Shown: in pieces, positions 12,715 through 25,506 of the stretch
How the letters are laid out: every line of letters starts with the position of its first letter
Numbering within the stretch: the stretch's first letter is position 1
NCBI GenBank assembly: GCA_964016885.1
Contig: OZ024748.1
Span: 26,908,001 to 26,972,000, forward strand
Origin: Eledone cirrhosa
Lineage: Eukaryota
Direction: 5' to 3'
Length of the DNA: 64,000 nucleotides
Translations under genes and position numbers: made by a program
The notes under the pieces: generated by a model
Told to the model about the DNA's origin: nothing
Database searches by the model: none
What the model saw: the letters and a program-made list of their open reading frames with translations, nothing else

Positions 12715-14315
12715 ATTTCATTAGATATACAGTCCTGAAATGGTTAATTAATGATACCACTTACCAAAAATATATGATCTTATACCTATAAGGTATGGTA
12801 GAATTGGTAGAGTATTAGATGAAATGGATGTAGTATTTAGTTTTGTTGGTTTATGGTCTGATTTCAAATCCTGACAGTATCAACTTTGTTTTGTCCTTAT
12901 GATTTTAAAATAATTTTGGAAATAATCAACAATGTGAAGGCATTTAGTAAAATGTAGCCGGTGTTTGGAATATAACTTAACCAAAAAAATAAAATTTATA
13001 GCTCGCACTTATGCAGGTTTAGCTGGCCTCATACGAAGTTATATTTCATAGAAGGTTTCTCAAATGTTTTAATGATAGGAACCATATAATGAAAAGTAAT
13101 ACGAAATGAAGTGTTTTGCTTAAGAACACAATATATTGCCTGGTTCGTAAATTGAAATCACATCCTTACAATCAAAAAACCAACAACCAAACCACTAGGC
13201 CACAGGCCACATGCCTTCACAACTTAACAAAGGTTCTTATATAAAAAATTATGGTGGAAGATTTTTAGATAAATATAAACATTTTGAAACAAGCAGCTTT
13301 GGATTGAAGAATTCTGGGGCCATTTCAGGCAGTTTGGTATGAAAAGGGTTAATATATTTTTATTGCCATAAATCAAAATATTTGCTGAAATATTTTTAAA
13401 TGTCTTACAGCTGAACATTGGACAATCTTTATACCATGCTGTTGCACATTCCAGACAAACTAGCATTATTCTTTTGTTAATGTGCATGCATCTGATATTC
13501 AATATTTCTGACATCATAAATCAACAATTTTACGTTGAAATATTTTCAAAATGTCTCTTGGGTGAATGTCAACCATATTTGTATAATACCACAGCATACT
13601 GCAACCAAAGCAAAACGCTTTCTATTCCAGTAGTGTAATGTGGGGAGGAACAGGTATGGGTAGTTTGTTGCAGGTGACACTTTTAGGTTTGCTGTAGAAA
13701 TTGATTGAGGGGGGAAAAATCAAGGGCTGCGCTGGGTGGCACACACTCTGACTATGCCATTATTCTATTCTTAACATGTATATTCAACAGTTTTTATTTC
13801 ATATATAAAAGTGTGTGCACATGTGTGCAATGTAATAATCAACCATATGTAAACATGAAGACCCACAAATACCGAACAGACTAGATAATATATTATCTCA
13901 CATAAATTGACCTGTGTAAGTAGGAAACCAAACAGTAGCCGATATATATGTTGTGTAAAATTGGTTGTAATTTGATTTGGCATCAGACACAATCTTCATT
14001 CTCGGACAGGTTGGAGATGACAGACAAAGTCCTTGATACTCTTTGATAGGTTTCTTATCAAATCTATAGCAGTGGTAACATATGGCATTCTGGACCCCTG
14101 TCAACTACCTCCCCATTTACTGCAATCAGCATGATGTTGGTCAGCTACAAGATTGAGCACACACACCTCTCTCCCCTTGCAAGGTGGACTGGCTTTTTCA
14201 GCTCAACTCTTTTGCCATCCTCCAGGGAAATACATTTGCTTTTGCCATTTTGTCTGTGGAGAGCATAAAACATTGGCATGCCATGCTGTGATATCCCATG
14301 AAATACATATTTTAG

Positions 14316-14778
14316 TTGTAGAATTGGTGCTACAATAAAATGCTCTCGGCCCACACTGTAAAGTTGTAGAACTGGTGCCACAATAAAATACTCTCAGCCC
14401 ACACTGTAAAGTTGTAGAACTGGTGCCACAATAAAATACTCTCAGCCCACACTGTAAAGTTGCAGAACTGGTGCCACAATAAAATACTCTCAGCCCACAC
14501 TGTAAAGTTGCAGAACTGGTGCCACAATAAAATACTCTCAGCCCACACTGTAAAGTTGCAGAACTGGTGCCACAATAAAATACTCTCAGCCCACACTGTA
14601 AAGTTGTAGAACTGGTGCCACAATAAAATACTCTCAGCCCACACTGTAAAGTTGCAGAACTGGTGCCACAATAAAATACTCTCAGCCCACACTGTAAAGT
14701 TGCAGAACTGGTGCCACAATAAAATACTCTCAGCCCACACTGTAAAGTTGTAGAACAGATGCCATAAAAAAAGCACTC
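14316..14778 (+). repeat. 48-bp minisatellite (~9 copies) derived from an RTE 3'UTR unit
   Basis: Unit ccacaataaaatactctcagcccacactgtaaagttgYagaactggtg, followed by the RTE 3'UTR motif ggcattaggaagggcatccagcc at about 14842. Confidence 0.88.
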
Positions 14779-16740
14779 TATCATCAAGTGGTAGCAGCAA
14801 TGACATGAGAAAATGAACCTAGTAAATGCTGTGAAGTGGTTGGCATTAGGAAGGGCATCCAGCCATAGAAACCATGCCAGAATGAAATGTATGAGGAAGA
14901 ACCAGTCATCTGACCAGTCTAGCCTCAGAACATGACAACCTATCTAACCTGACCAAGGAAAACAGATGTATAACTTTGATAATGAATCTGTGTGCCTTTA
15001 TTAATAGTAGTAGAAAATGGAAAATTATGTCCAGTAAAAAAGAATGTGTATTTCCATGGATGAATGGACCAACAATAATTTTGATACTGCATGTTCCAGC
15101 TTTTCAATCAATGGAACAGCCAACTCATGAAATTAAGTGGCTGAGCATTACACAGAAACATGTGTACCTTTAACGTAATTTTCAAGGAAATTCATCACCA
15201 CACAGTGTGTGACAAGGCTGGCCCTTTGAATTACGCTAACATTAACACCTTAATATTTTGTATTAAGATGTTAATCGCTGAACATTCCAGAGATATATAA
15301 GTACCTGTAAGGTAATTTTCTGGGAAAGTCAGCATGACACAGTGATGACAAGGATAACTAAAGATAGAGAGACAGGCAGACATTAGAGAGACATATAGAA
15401 AGATAGACCAAGTGGACATGAAAGAGACAGGCAGACATTAGAGAGACATATAGAAAGAGACAGGTGGACACTTAGGTGGATATGAGAGAGAGAGAGAGAA
15501 AACATGAAAGAGAGATGTGTAGAAAAACAGAGAGAGACAAGTAGAAAGAGAGAAAGAGATAAGTAGACAGAGAGCAATATAGAATGAGAGAAAGAGAGAA
15601 TTATAAAATATATATGCCAGACTGAAATAAATATTGGTGGTGGATATGACTGGTTAAAACTGGTTTAAACTTTGAAAAGGGTACTGCTGACTGGTTAAAA
15701 CTTTGAAAAGGGTACTTCTGACAGGTTAAAACTGGTTTAAACTTTGAAAAGGGTGCCTCACCAGACTGAAGTCCAATGACTGAAACCAATAAAAGAATGT
15801 GTGGTGTCATTGTGTGTGTGATGGTATGTGTATGAGTGTGTGATGGTATGTGTATGTGTGTGTGATGGTATGTGTAAGAGTGTGTGTGATGGTATGTGTA
15901 AGAGTGTGTGTGATGGCATTGTGTGTTTGTGTTTGTGTAGTGTGATGACATTGTGCATTTGTGTGTGTGTAGTGTGATGGCACTGTGTGTGTGTGATGCC
16001 ATTGTGTGTGTGTGTGTGTGTGTGATGGCATTCAGTGACCCTCAAAAGTTTCAAATGGAGCCACTGTTTCATGGTTGGGTGATTTTGACAGTAGCAACCT
16101 GAAGTGGGACCAGATGGTGTATACTGGGAAGGGGGGTGGGTGTGGTACTTGAAACTTCATTCATGAATTTTGTTGAGAGGTGGTGGTGGTGGTAGTGTTG
16201 GTGGTGGTGGTGGTGGTGGTGGTAGTGTTACTGGTGGTGGTGGTGGTGATGGTGTGACCCAGAGAGTTCTGGGGTGTGATGAGAGCTTCTATTGATGTTG
16301 ATCTTGTTACTGTTGTTATTGGTAGTGGTGATTAGTGGTTATTGTTACTGTTGTTGATGGCGGTTTGTTGTTGTTATTGTTAATGGTGGTGGTGGTTATT
16401 GTTACTGTTGTTGTTGTTATTGTTGTTGATGGTGGGTAGTGTTATTGTTCTTGTGGTGATGGTGGTGGTTAAGTGTTATTGTTGTTTAGACCCAGATTCA
16501 CCTCATTGAAGATTATTTTAACCCCTTTCCATGCCAAATTGGCCCTAATTTTTCCATAATTTTGTGTAAGAACATATGTTCCAAACACGAGCTTAATTAA
16601 TAATAGGAAACATATTTTACTAAATCTTTCCAAATTGTTGATTATTTTCAGAATTATTTGAAAACCATAGGCAGATAATATAGTTTATTTAATTAGCAAT
16701 TAATATACAATTAATTATTGCTTGGAACCTTATAAATATA

Positions 16741-19672
16741 GGGATAGGCTAAGTAGCCGGTCCCGGTAATATAGACAAACATGCTTTTTATGCTTATTTT
16801 ACCAGTAACCCCTAAAGGGATGCAACTCTAGCCGGGTTCCCCGGAAGCTTATTTTTCCGACAAATAATAAATAATTGTTTCTACTTTGGCACAAGGCCAG
16901 CAATTACCCAGTGTATTACTGGTACTTTATTTTATCGACCCCGTAAGGATGAAAGGCAAAGTTAATGTTTTAGAACCCAGGTAGTGACTACTATCTTTAA
17001 CCAGATCATGACTTTCTGCTAAAATTCTTAATTTCAAAAATATTTGACTCTGTTAAAATTCTTAAGCCATGGAACTCAGTAGATGTGTGTATGTAACTCA
17101 GTAGATATGTGTGTATGTAACTCAGTAGATGGGTGTATATAACTCAGTAGATGTGTGTGTATATAACTCAGTAGATGTGTGTGTATATAACTCAGTAGAT
17201 GTGTGTGTATGTAACTCAGTAGATGTGTGTGTATATAACTCAGTAGATGTCTGTGTATATAACTCAGTAAATGCGTGTATATATAACTCAGTAAATGTGT
17301 GTATATAACTCAGTAGATGTGTGTGTATGTAACTCAGTAGATGTGTGTGTATGTAACTCAGTAGATGTGTGTGTATATAACTCAGTAGATGTGTGTGTAT
17401 ATAACTCAGTAAATATGTGTGTATGTAACTCAGTAAATATGTGTGTATGTAACTCAGTAGATGTGTGTGTATGTAACTCAGTAGATGTGTGTGTATAACT
17501 CAGTAGATGTGTGTGTATATAACTCAGTAGATGTGTGTGTATATAACTCAGTAGATGTGTGTGTATATAACTCAGTAGATGTGTGTGTATATAACTCAGT
17601 AGATGTGTGTATATAACTCAGTAGATGTGTGTGTATATAACTCAGTAGATGTGTGTGTATGTAACTCAGTAGATGTGTGTGTATGTAACTCAGTAGATGT
17701 GTGTATGTAACTCAGTAGATGTGTGTATGTAACTCAGTAGATGTGTGTGTGTATGTAACTCAGTAAATGTGTGTATGTAACTCAGTAGATGTGTGTGTAT
17801 ATAACTCAGTAGATGTGTGTGTATGTAACTCAGTAGATATGTGTGTATGTAACTCGGTAGATGTGTGTATATAACTCAGTAGATGTGTGTGTGTATGTAA
17901 CTCAGTAAATGTGTGTGTATGTAACTCGGTAGATGCGTGTATGTAACTCAGTAGATGTGCGTGTATGTAACTCGGTAGATGCGTGTATGTAACTCAGTAG
18001 ATGTGCGTGTATGTAACTCAGTAAATGTGTATGTATGTAACTCAATAGATGTGTGTATATAACTCAGTAGATGTGTGTGTATATAACTCAGTAGATGTGT
18101 GTGTATATAACTCAGTAGATGTGTGTGTATATAACTCAGTAGATGTGTGTATATAACTCAGTAGATGTGTGTGTATATAACTCAGTAGATGTGTGTGTAT
18201 GCAACTCAGTAGATGTGTGTGTATGCAACTCAGTAGATGTGTGTGTATGCAACTCAGTAGATGTGTGTGTATATAACTCAGTAGATGTGTGTATGTAACT
18301 CAGTAGATGTGTGTATGTAACTCAGTAGATGTGTGTGTGTATGTAACTCAGTAAATGTGTGTATGTAACTCAGTAGATGTGTGTGTATATAACTCAGTAG
18401 ATGTGTGTGTAACTCAGTAGATGTGTGTGTATGTAACTCGGTAGATGTGTGTATATAACTCAGTAGATGTGTGTGTGTATGTAACTCAGTAAATGTGTGT
18501 GTATGTAACTCGGTAGATGCGTGTATGTAACTCAGTAGATGTGCGTGTATGTAACTCAGTAAATGTGTATGTATGTAACTCAATAGATGTGTGTATATAA
18601 CTCAGTAGATGTGTGTGTATATAACTCAGTAGATGTGTGTGTATATAACTCAGTAGATGTGTGTGTATATAACTCAGTAGATGTGTGTGTATGCAACTCA
18701 GTAGATGTGTGTGTATGCAACTCAGTAGATGTGTGTGTATATAACTCAGTAGATGTGTGTGTATATAACTCAGTAAATGTGTGTGTATGTAACTCAGTAG
18801 GTGTGTGTATATAACTCGGTAGATGTGTGTGTATGTAACTCAGTAAATGTGTGTGTGTATGTAACTCAGTAAATGTGTGTGTATGTAACTCAGTAGATGT
18901 GTGTATATAACTCAGTAGATGTGTGTGTATGTAACTCAGTAGATGTGTGTGTATGTAACTCAGTAGATGTGTGTGTATGTAACTCAGTAGATGTGTGTGT
19001 ATGTAACTCAGTAAATGTGTGTGTATGTAACTCAGTAGATGTGTGTGTATGTAACTCAGTAGATGTGTGTATGTAACTCAGTAAATGTGTGTGTATATAA
19101 CTCAGTAGATGTGTGTGTATATAACTCAGTAGATGTGTGTGTATGTAACTCAGTAAATGTGTGTGTATGTAACTCAGTAGATGTGTGTGTATGTAACTCA
19201 GTAAATGTGTGTGTATATAACTCAGTAGATGTGTGTGTATGTAACTCAGTAGATGTGTGTGTATGTAACTCAGTAAATGTGTGTGTATGTAACTCAGTAG
19301 ATGTGTGTGTATGTAACTCAGTAGATGTGTGTGTATGTAACTCAGTAGATGTGTGTGTATGTAACTCAGTAGATGTGTGTGTATGTAACTCAGTAGATGT
19401 GTGTGTATGTAACTCAGTAGATGTGTGTGTAACTCAGTAAATGTGTGTATGTAACTCAGTAGATGTGTGTGTATGTAACTAAAGCGTTAGGAATGGACAA
19501 AGCACAAGCAGAATTATAAAATGATTAAATGATTTTAAGTTGTTTTTTAACAATTGATGGTGGAAAAGATTTCAAATTGTCTTAAGTCAGGCCGCAACTC
19601 ATGGTAACTGACACTCTTACCGGCTAAATAGCTTGGGAGTCTATTTTACGGGACTGGCTACATAGCCTCTTC
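16741..19672. mobile_element. TA-flanked TIR element carrying a 24-bp satellite
   Basis: Left end gggataggctaagtagccggtcccggtaatatagac resembles the reverse complement of the right end, gaagaggctatgtagccagtcccgtaaaatagac. TATA on both sides. Confidence 0.65.
17073..19480. repeat. 22-26-bp (modal 24) satellite, about 100 copies
   Basis: Unit aactcagtaRat(gt)3-5atRt, with length varying by GT slippage. Confidence 0.96.
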
Positions 19673-19778
19673 TATATATATAATATACAAAAATATATAA
19701 TCAAAATGAGAGAAAAAATTTGCATAAGCAGATTATAAGTCGAACATGTTAACCACAAGGCCTTCACTTTATGTAGGA

Positions 19779-20779
19779 CTAGCAGTAAAGCCCGGCGTTG
19801 CTCGGGGTCGCTCAGTAGCTGTGTTAAAGTTACAATGTTAAGTTTCTTTCTTGGCTTAAAAACTGTAGTGTCTACTGTGCAGACTTGCATGTGGTGTTTT
19901 TGATTAATATTCCCTCAACCAACAATATGCCTTATGAAGTTAAGAAAACATAACGATAACCCGAATGTTATAACAAAAGAGGATGCTGGGGATAGAAACT
20001 GCACTGGTTATTTATTAACAAAGATCGAAAATGTAAACACTGCAACGCAGAGAAAAACATTAGCGTAACCAAATTATCAGTTATGTCTGTCTGCACGCCT
20101 ATATCACCTCTCTGCACGACTGTCTGTCTGCACGCCTATATCACCTCTCTGCACGACTGTTTGTCTGCACGCCTATATCACCTCTCTGCACGACTGTCTG
20201 TCTGCACGCCTATATCACCTCTCTGCACGACTGTCTGTCTGCACGCGTATATCACCTCTCTGCACGACTGTCTGTCTGCACGACTGTCTGTCTGCACGAC
20301 TGTCTGTCTGCACGCCTAACGACGAAATATTTGCTTGTTTTACGTAGTCTTTAAATAGACTTGTTTTCAAGTAAAAATATTGTTTTAAAATGCTTTTAAA
20401 TGGAAATGAAGCAAAACGGAAGCTTAGTGTTCGAACTGATGAATTTTGCAGGTCAATATTTTGCTGGCTCGACAACTGTTCGTGTATTGTGTTAATGTCA
20501 TTTTAAACGCTGAGAAAGCCAGCGTAATTTTTTACGTAAGACGCTCAATGTAAACAGAACAAAGGGAAATAACTGATAACTTACGCTCAAAAATCGATAC
20601 ATTATATTCGATTTCGTCACATAGGGTGGGTCAATTTGAAATATTTTTTTTCCGATGTCTTCGCTAGGGCTCAATGTACAAGTATAGCAATTTCGGTGCA
20701 ATTCCGTGAGAGATTCTAAGAGGAGATGTGTGCCAAAAATCCATAGACAGACAGACAACCACAGTTTTATATATATAGA
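19779..20779 (-). mobile_element. Non-autonomous Helitron (~1.0 kb) with an internal 37-bp tandem array
   Basis: On the minus strand it starts TC(tatatatataaa) and ends ...cccgagcaacgccggg-ctttactg-CTAG. It is inserted between A and T with no TSD and has a (GACA)n tract near the 5' end. Confidence 0.85.
20085..20317. repeat. 37-bp tandem repeat (~5 copies) decaying into 18-bp subunits
   Basis: Unit ctgtctgcacgcctatatcacctctctgcacgactgt. Confidence 0.9.
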
Positions 20780-21821
20780 TTACATTATTTAATGTCTTTT
20801 TCATATTTAACCCTTTTAATACCAACCCAGCTAAAACTAGCTCCAGTTGTATGAAACAAAATCACCCATTATAAAGTGATTATATTTAAATTAAAATCTT
20901 CCAACATAATTTTATATAAGAATCATTTGTTATGTTAGAAATACTGTCTTAGAAGGATGAAAGAGAAAGTTGACCTTGGAGAAATTTGAACTTTGAATCT
21001 AGAACATCATAACTAAATACTGCAAAATATTTTGGCCACCACTCTAATGATCCTGCCACCCCAACACCCTAATACCAAATTAATAATAAAATAATCAATA
21101 AGTTTAGTAATTTCTTCATTAATTAATCCATAATTAATTAAAATACAGTTCATTTTATTAGAAATATGGACAAGGAGAGATATGGTAGTGTGTACAGTCT
21201 GTGTTAGTAAGAGATGGGTGGCAGTTGAATGGTTGTTGTGAAGGCAATACCAGTAGCCCTGGGGGGTCATGGTGGTAACATTGATGGTGGTGGTGATGGT
21301 AGCAGCAGAAGTGGGGCAGTAGTGGTGCTGCTGATAGAGGTGATGGCAATAGTAGTATTCATGGGGGCGGTTATGATGGCATTTTTTTTTTGTTAACAAT
21401 ATCTGATAGAGGCACACACACACTATCTCTGATAACAATATCTGATAGAGGCACACACACACACACACACACACTCTCTCTCTCTCTCTCACACACACAT
21501 TCAGATTTAACTGGCCATGTGTGAGATAAACACAACTATAATGAATTTATCTATCTGTCTGCCTGTCTTAGCATTTGAGGGAGTTTATTTCACAGTAGTA
21601 GCCTTACTGTTAACCACTCCTGTACACCTGTCACTTAGAAAAATTACCTTCTGTATCAACCTACCCATCATCCCACTGTACCCAGTATGTCCATTGTACA
21701 CACTGGGTACACAGTTTTCTGCTTACTCCTTTTCTGCATATAGGACATAGCCATTTCCCTGATGGTAGCAATCTTAACTTCTTTATTCCTTACAAAAACC
21801 TTGGTTTTTTGTACATGTATT

Positions 21822-21913
21822 TATAGAAGAATGAGAGAAGAACTTTCCAGCCATGAAACAAAATCTTAAGATTTTGTTTCATGGCTGGAAAGTTCTCCTC
21901 TCATTCTTCTATA
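21822..21913. repeat. 92-bp near-perfect palindrome
   Basis: 46-bp arms, no spacer (centre ctt|aag at 21867/21868), one mismatch, TATA at both ends. Confidence 0.93.
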
Positions 21914-22325
21914 GTTTCTGCTATTAGAGTTAGTTCATCAGCACACACACACACACTGGATTGGCAGTATCGGTAGAGGGTCGGACGCCATGCTTTGACG
22001 CAGAGTTACGGCCCTTGCCATTCTGAGTTCAAATTCCGCCAAGGTTAACTTTGCCTTTCATCCTTACAGGGTCGATAAAATAAAGTACCAGTAATGCGCT
22101 GGGTAATTGCTGGCCTTGTGCCAAAAAGTAGAAACAATTATAATGCGATGAAATACCCATGATCGTTTGGTAAATCACTGATGAGGGACTCATTTTATAA
22201 CATGTTATCCATGTGCAACCAGCAGTATTCTTCTCACCCATATTTTCATATATATTATATATATGGCCTCAGCCGGCTGGCTGGAACAGGTAAAAGAGTA
22301 AAAGAGTATATATATATATACATAT

Positions 22326-22586
22326 ATATAATTGAATAAACAAGAGAGATGAACACTAATATAAACATACATGTGTTCGAATCGTAAGGACCAAGTTTGC
22401 TAGGGTGAAAAAAATACTTACAGCAATATGCTTTGACAGAATTAATTTTAAATATTAAATTTTAAAAATTCTGACAAAGCATATTGCTGTAGTTAGTATT
22501 TTTTCACCCTAGCAAACTTGGTCCTTACGATTTGAACACATGTATGTTTATATTAGTGTTCATCTCTCTTGTTTATTCAATTATAT
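22326..22586. repeat. Long inverted repeat (~118-bp arms, short AT loop)
   Basis: atataattgaataaacaagagagatgaacac... is mirrored by ...gtgttcatctctcttgtttattcaattatat. Confidence 0.93.
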
Positions 22587-22657
22587 TGTACGGCTCGGAA
22601 AAGCTTTTTTCTTAGTGCTATTTAAATGTAAGAGACTACCCTGAGTTTCTAACTCAC

Positions 22658-22688
<31 letters not shown>

Positions 22689-23187
22689 TATATATATATG
22701 TATATATTATATATATTATATATATGTGTGTATGTGTGTGTGCATGAGTGTGTGTATCCCAGGTTCAATGGGAGTGTGTGTAACCACAGTAAGTAAAGTC
22801 TACTCAATACATAGTAAAGTATATACAAGATTTGATATAAAAATGGCTTCAAATGAAACAGGTCTAGTCCTAGAAGAAGCCATTCTTCTATTAAATCTTA
22901 TACACATATATATATAATATGGACAATCTTTCTTGAATTCTTCTGTTATGGCATAGTCGACTATAATAAACTGGAGGAGGTAAGAACGGAGCCCTGATGG
23001 ACTCCTGGCAGCATGCTAAATTTGGGAGAGAATATGGGAATAGGGGGAGTGTAGAAAGAGATGGAGTGAGGGAGAATGAGAATGTGTGAAAGAAAGGTGG
23101 GGAGAAATAAAGGTTAAATGATAAGAAAGGAAGTGTTTTAGACTTCCTGATAAGTTTAACTGCACACACACATACATATACATATAT

Positions 23188-23444
23188 ATCATCATCAACG
23201 TTTAACGTCCGTGTTCCACGCTTGCATGGGTTTGGACGGGGGTAGTCCCACTTGAGGCAAGAGTGATTGTCTTGCTCGCATAGGACTGTCTGGCAGGTTT
23301 TCTACAGTTGGATGCCCTTCCTAACACCAACCACATTTACAGTGTGGGTCTGGGAGGTTTTTACCGTGTTGCCTACACGGCCACATTACAGCGTGGACTG
23401 TGTGTTTTTTTGTCGTGACACCTACACGATCTCATTTGTTTCGG
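23188..23444 (-). mobile_element. RTE 3'UTR fragment between TA runs
   Basis: Close reverse complement of 26545-26790. Confidence 0.9.
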
Positions 23445-23447
23445 CCT

Positions 23448-23501
<54 letters not shown>

Positions 23502-23745
23502 TTTTATGCACATACCTGTTCTTATGCTTACAAAGATATTTTTTTAATCCCATACTGTAACAACTTTTTATGAAGAGATCTTAAGTGTGTGAGAAAGAGC
23601 GAGAGCAAGAGAGAGGGTACCAGAAGTGTTGAAAAAGTTGTTTTTTTATATCCTCATCATCATCATCTTCGGATGTTAAACGAAGATGATGATGATGATG
23701 ATGATCCTGTCAATTATATATGTATATAACATATAAATAAAACAT

Positions 23746-23959
23746 TTAACCCTTTAGCATTTAAACCAGCAATATTTGGCCAGAATTCTCTCCTCTTTTT
23801 GTTCAAACTGGCCATAACCGGCTGCTCATACTGATGTTAAGGTATTGTTCTCAAAATAAATAATATCAAAATCTCATAGATTTGATATTATGTCAGATAA
23901 AGCCTTTACCGTGAAAATACGATAGTAAATATAAAGTAATGTAAATGCTAAAGGGTTAA
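23746..23959. mobile_element. piggyBac-like MITE
   Basis: TTAA-ccctttagcattta ... taaatgctaaaggg-TTAA. Confidence 0.85.
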
Positions 23960-24389
23960 AATTCCATATTGATCTTTAATACTTGGTGGTTGATGGATCT
24001 TTATTTCCTTTAACACAACAGAAAATATCTAAAAATAGGTTTGTTAATTCAAATGTTTATAGTGTCTTTATTTGTGGCCAGATTATTGTGAAAATGTGCA
24101 GTATTAGAGTAAAGACTTTAATATTTAATGTGATGCAGTCCTAATTCTGTTTTGTACTTTTCAAGAATGTCTTGATAATGTGGTTTTATGTGGTTTGTTA
24201 ATTCAAATGTTTAGAGTATCTTTACTAATGGACAGAGTGTCAAAATTTGGAGTTTTAGAGTAAGTAATTTAAATTCTAATGTGATGCAATCCTAATCATG
24301 TTATGTACTTTTCAAGAATGTTTTGCTAATGTGGTTCCATGTGGGTGTTAAGAGTTAATTCTGATATTGTTGTTTGTGTTTATTAGCAG

Positions 24390-24659
24390 GTTCCCATAAG
24401 AACAGGCGTGGTGGGGCCTGTAGCCGTACACTGAGTGGACATCTGTCAAGGGTTGATGAGGAACCAAGCACTACAGAACCTTCTAAAGAACAAAGTGGCA
24501 GCAGCAGCACCAGCAGAGTTGAAACTGTTGATCGAGGGGTTGGTCCAACACCCTTCCCACCACCACACAATGTTGATCCAAGAATTCAACATCTCTTTGG
24601 AATACCACCGCAGCAGTTCCTTGATCCAAGGAATGGTTTGCTGGAATCTTCTCCATATG
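24390..24659 (+). CDS. GLI: Gli/Ci coding exon A (first visible; phase 1-1; start exon not found)
   Basis: tagcag acceptor and g|gtgggt donor. Open frame GSHKNRRGG...ESSPY whose phase joins exon B. Confidence 0.7.
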
Positions 24660-24694
24660 GTGGGTATCCTTACACCAACTCTTTCATTTTTTTT

Positions 24695-24825
24695 TTCTTC
24701 TTTGTCTTCGCCCACTTATTCCTAGGGGGGCTGTGGGGGAAGAGTCTTCAAATGCTCCCTCCAGCTGGTCCTGTCAGAAGCTACCATCTCCAATTGATCC
24801 AGTTGGATCTCCAAGCGAGACCAGC
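24695..24825 (-). mobile_element. Second RTE family (Rex3/Expander-like) 3' end
   Basis: Similar to 34093-34215 and to the reverse complement of 31617-31756; (gaa)n-type tail. Confidence 0.7.
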
Positions 24826-24899
24826 CAAAATCATGGATATATATTTTTTTGTAATATCCTTTATTTATTTTTGTTACCCTGGAGACATTTTACATAGCA

Positions 24900-25300
24900 T
24901 CGGTGGACGAGACTTTGTTAGTATCTTGAGTGAAATGTGTATTAAGTTCTAAGAACTGAATGATGTGCTGATGAGGAGAAGGAGAATGTTGCTGAAACTG
25001 AAAGGAATGGTGTATGCTGCGTGATAAGTACCATGACTTATGGGAGTGAGACATGGCTGATGAACATGGTATAGCAGAGAACACGGGAAACAATGGGCCG
25101 GTGGCTGAGTAGAATATTGCTGAGAGGAAGAAAAGCAATGAATTGTAGAGGGAAATAGAACCAGTGGTGAAGATTGAAAAGAGAAATGGAATGAGATGGT
25201 CGGGTCATGTGTTGAGGAAGGATAAAAGGGACTGTATGAGAGAAGTGATGGAAATGAATATTGAAGGAATTAGGGGAAGGGTGTGCAGATGATAGAGAAA
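24900..25300 (+). pseudogene. Highly decayed RTE C-terminal fragment
   Basis: Broken frames with LKLKGMVY, TMTYGSETWLM and MRWSGHVLRK motifs. Confidence 0.55.
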
Positions 25301-25506
25301 ACTGTAGAAGATTGTCATGGTGTTCACAAGGCTAACCACTGCTTTGGCAAGGAAAATAACCTTAAAATACTTATTGTGCATTTTTTTTCTTTTTCATATA
25401 AAGACATACATACACACAAATGTGTGTATAGGAATATGGGTACACATGTACGTACATACGCATTCACTGAAATGTGTATGTGTATATATATATATATCTG
25501 TATGTG

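Noticed and set aside
13732-13741. Gli-site-like TGGGTGGC (also near 21214) suggesting autoregulation
   Set aside because: 8/9 matches to GACCACCCA are expected by chance in 64 kb, and I saw no perfect site or cluster.
13400-14310. Possible decayed transposase/RT fragments or a Gli 5' exon
   Set aside because: No diagnostic motif or convincing splice pair is visible without a database search.
22957-22986. Strong donor gag|gtaaga as a possible upstream Gli coding exon
   Set aside because: The phase-1 frame needed to join exon A contains TAA, and nearby ATGs hit stops. A non-coding use cannot be assessed.
24968-25000. ctgatga...gaaac hammerhead candidate (also 57369)
   Set aside because: The first lies in decayed RTE coding sequence, and neither has a stem II or flanking stems.
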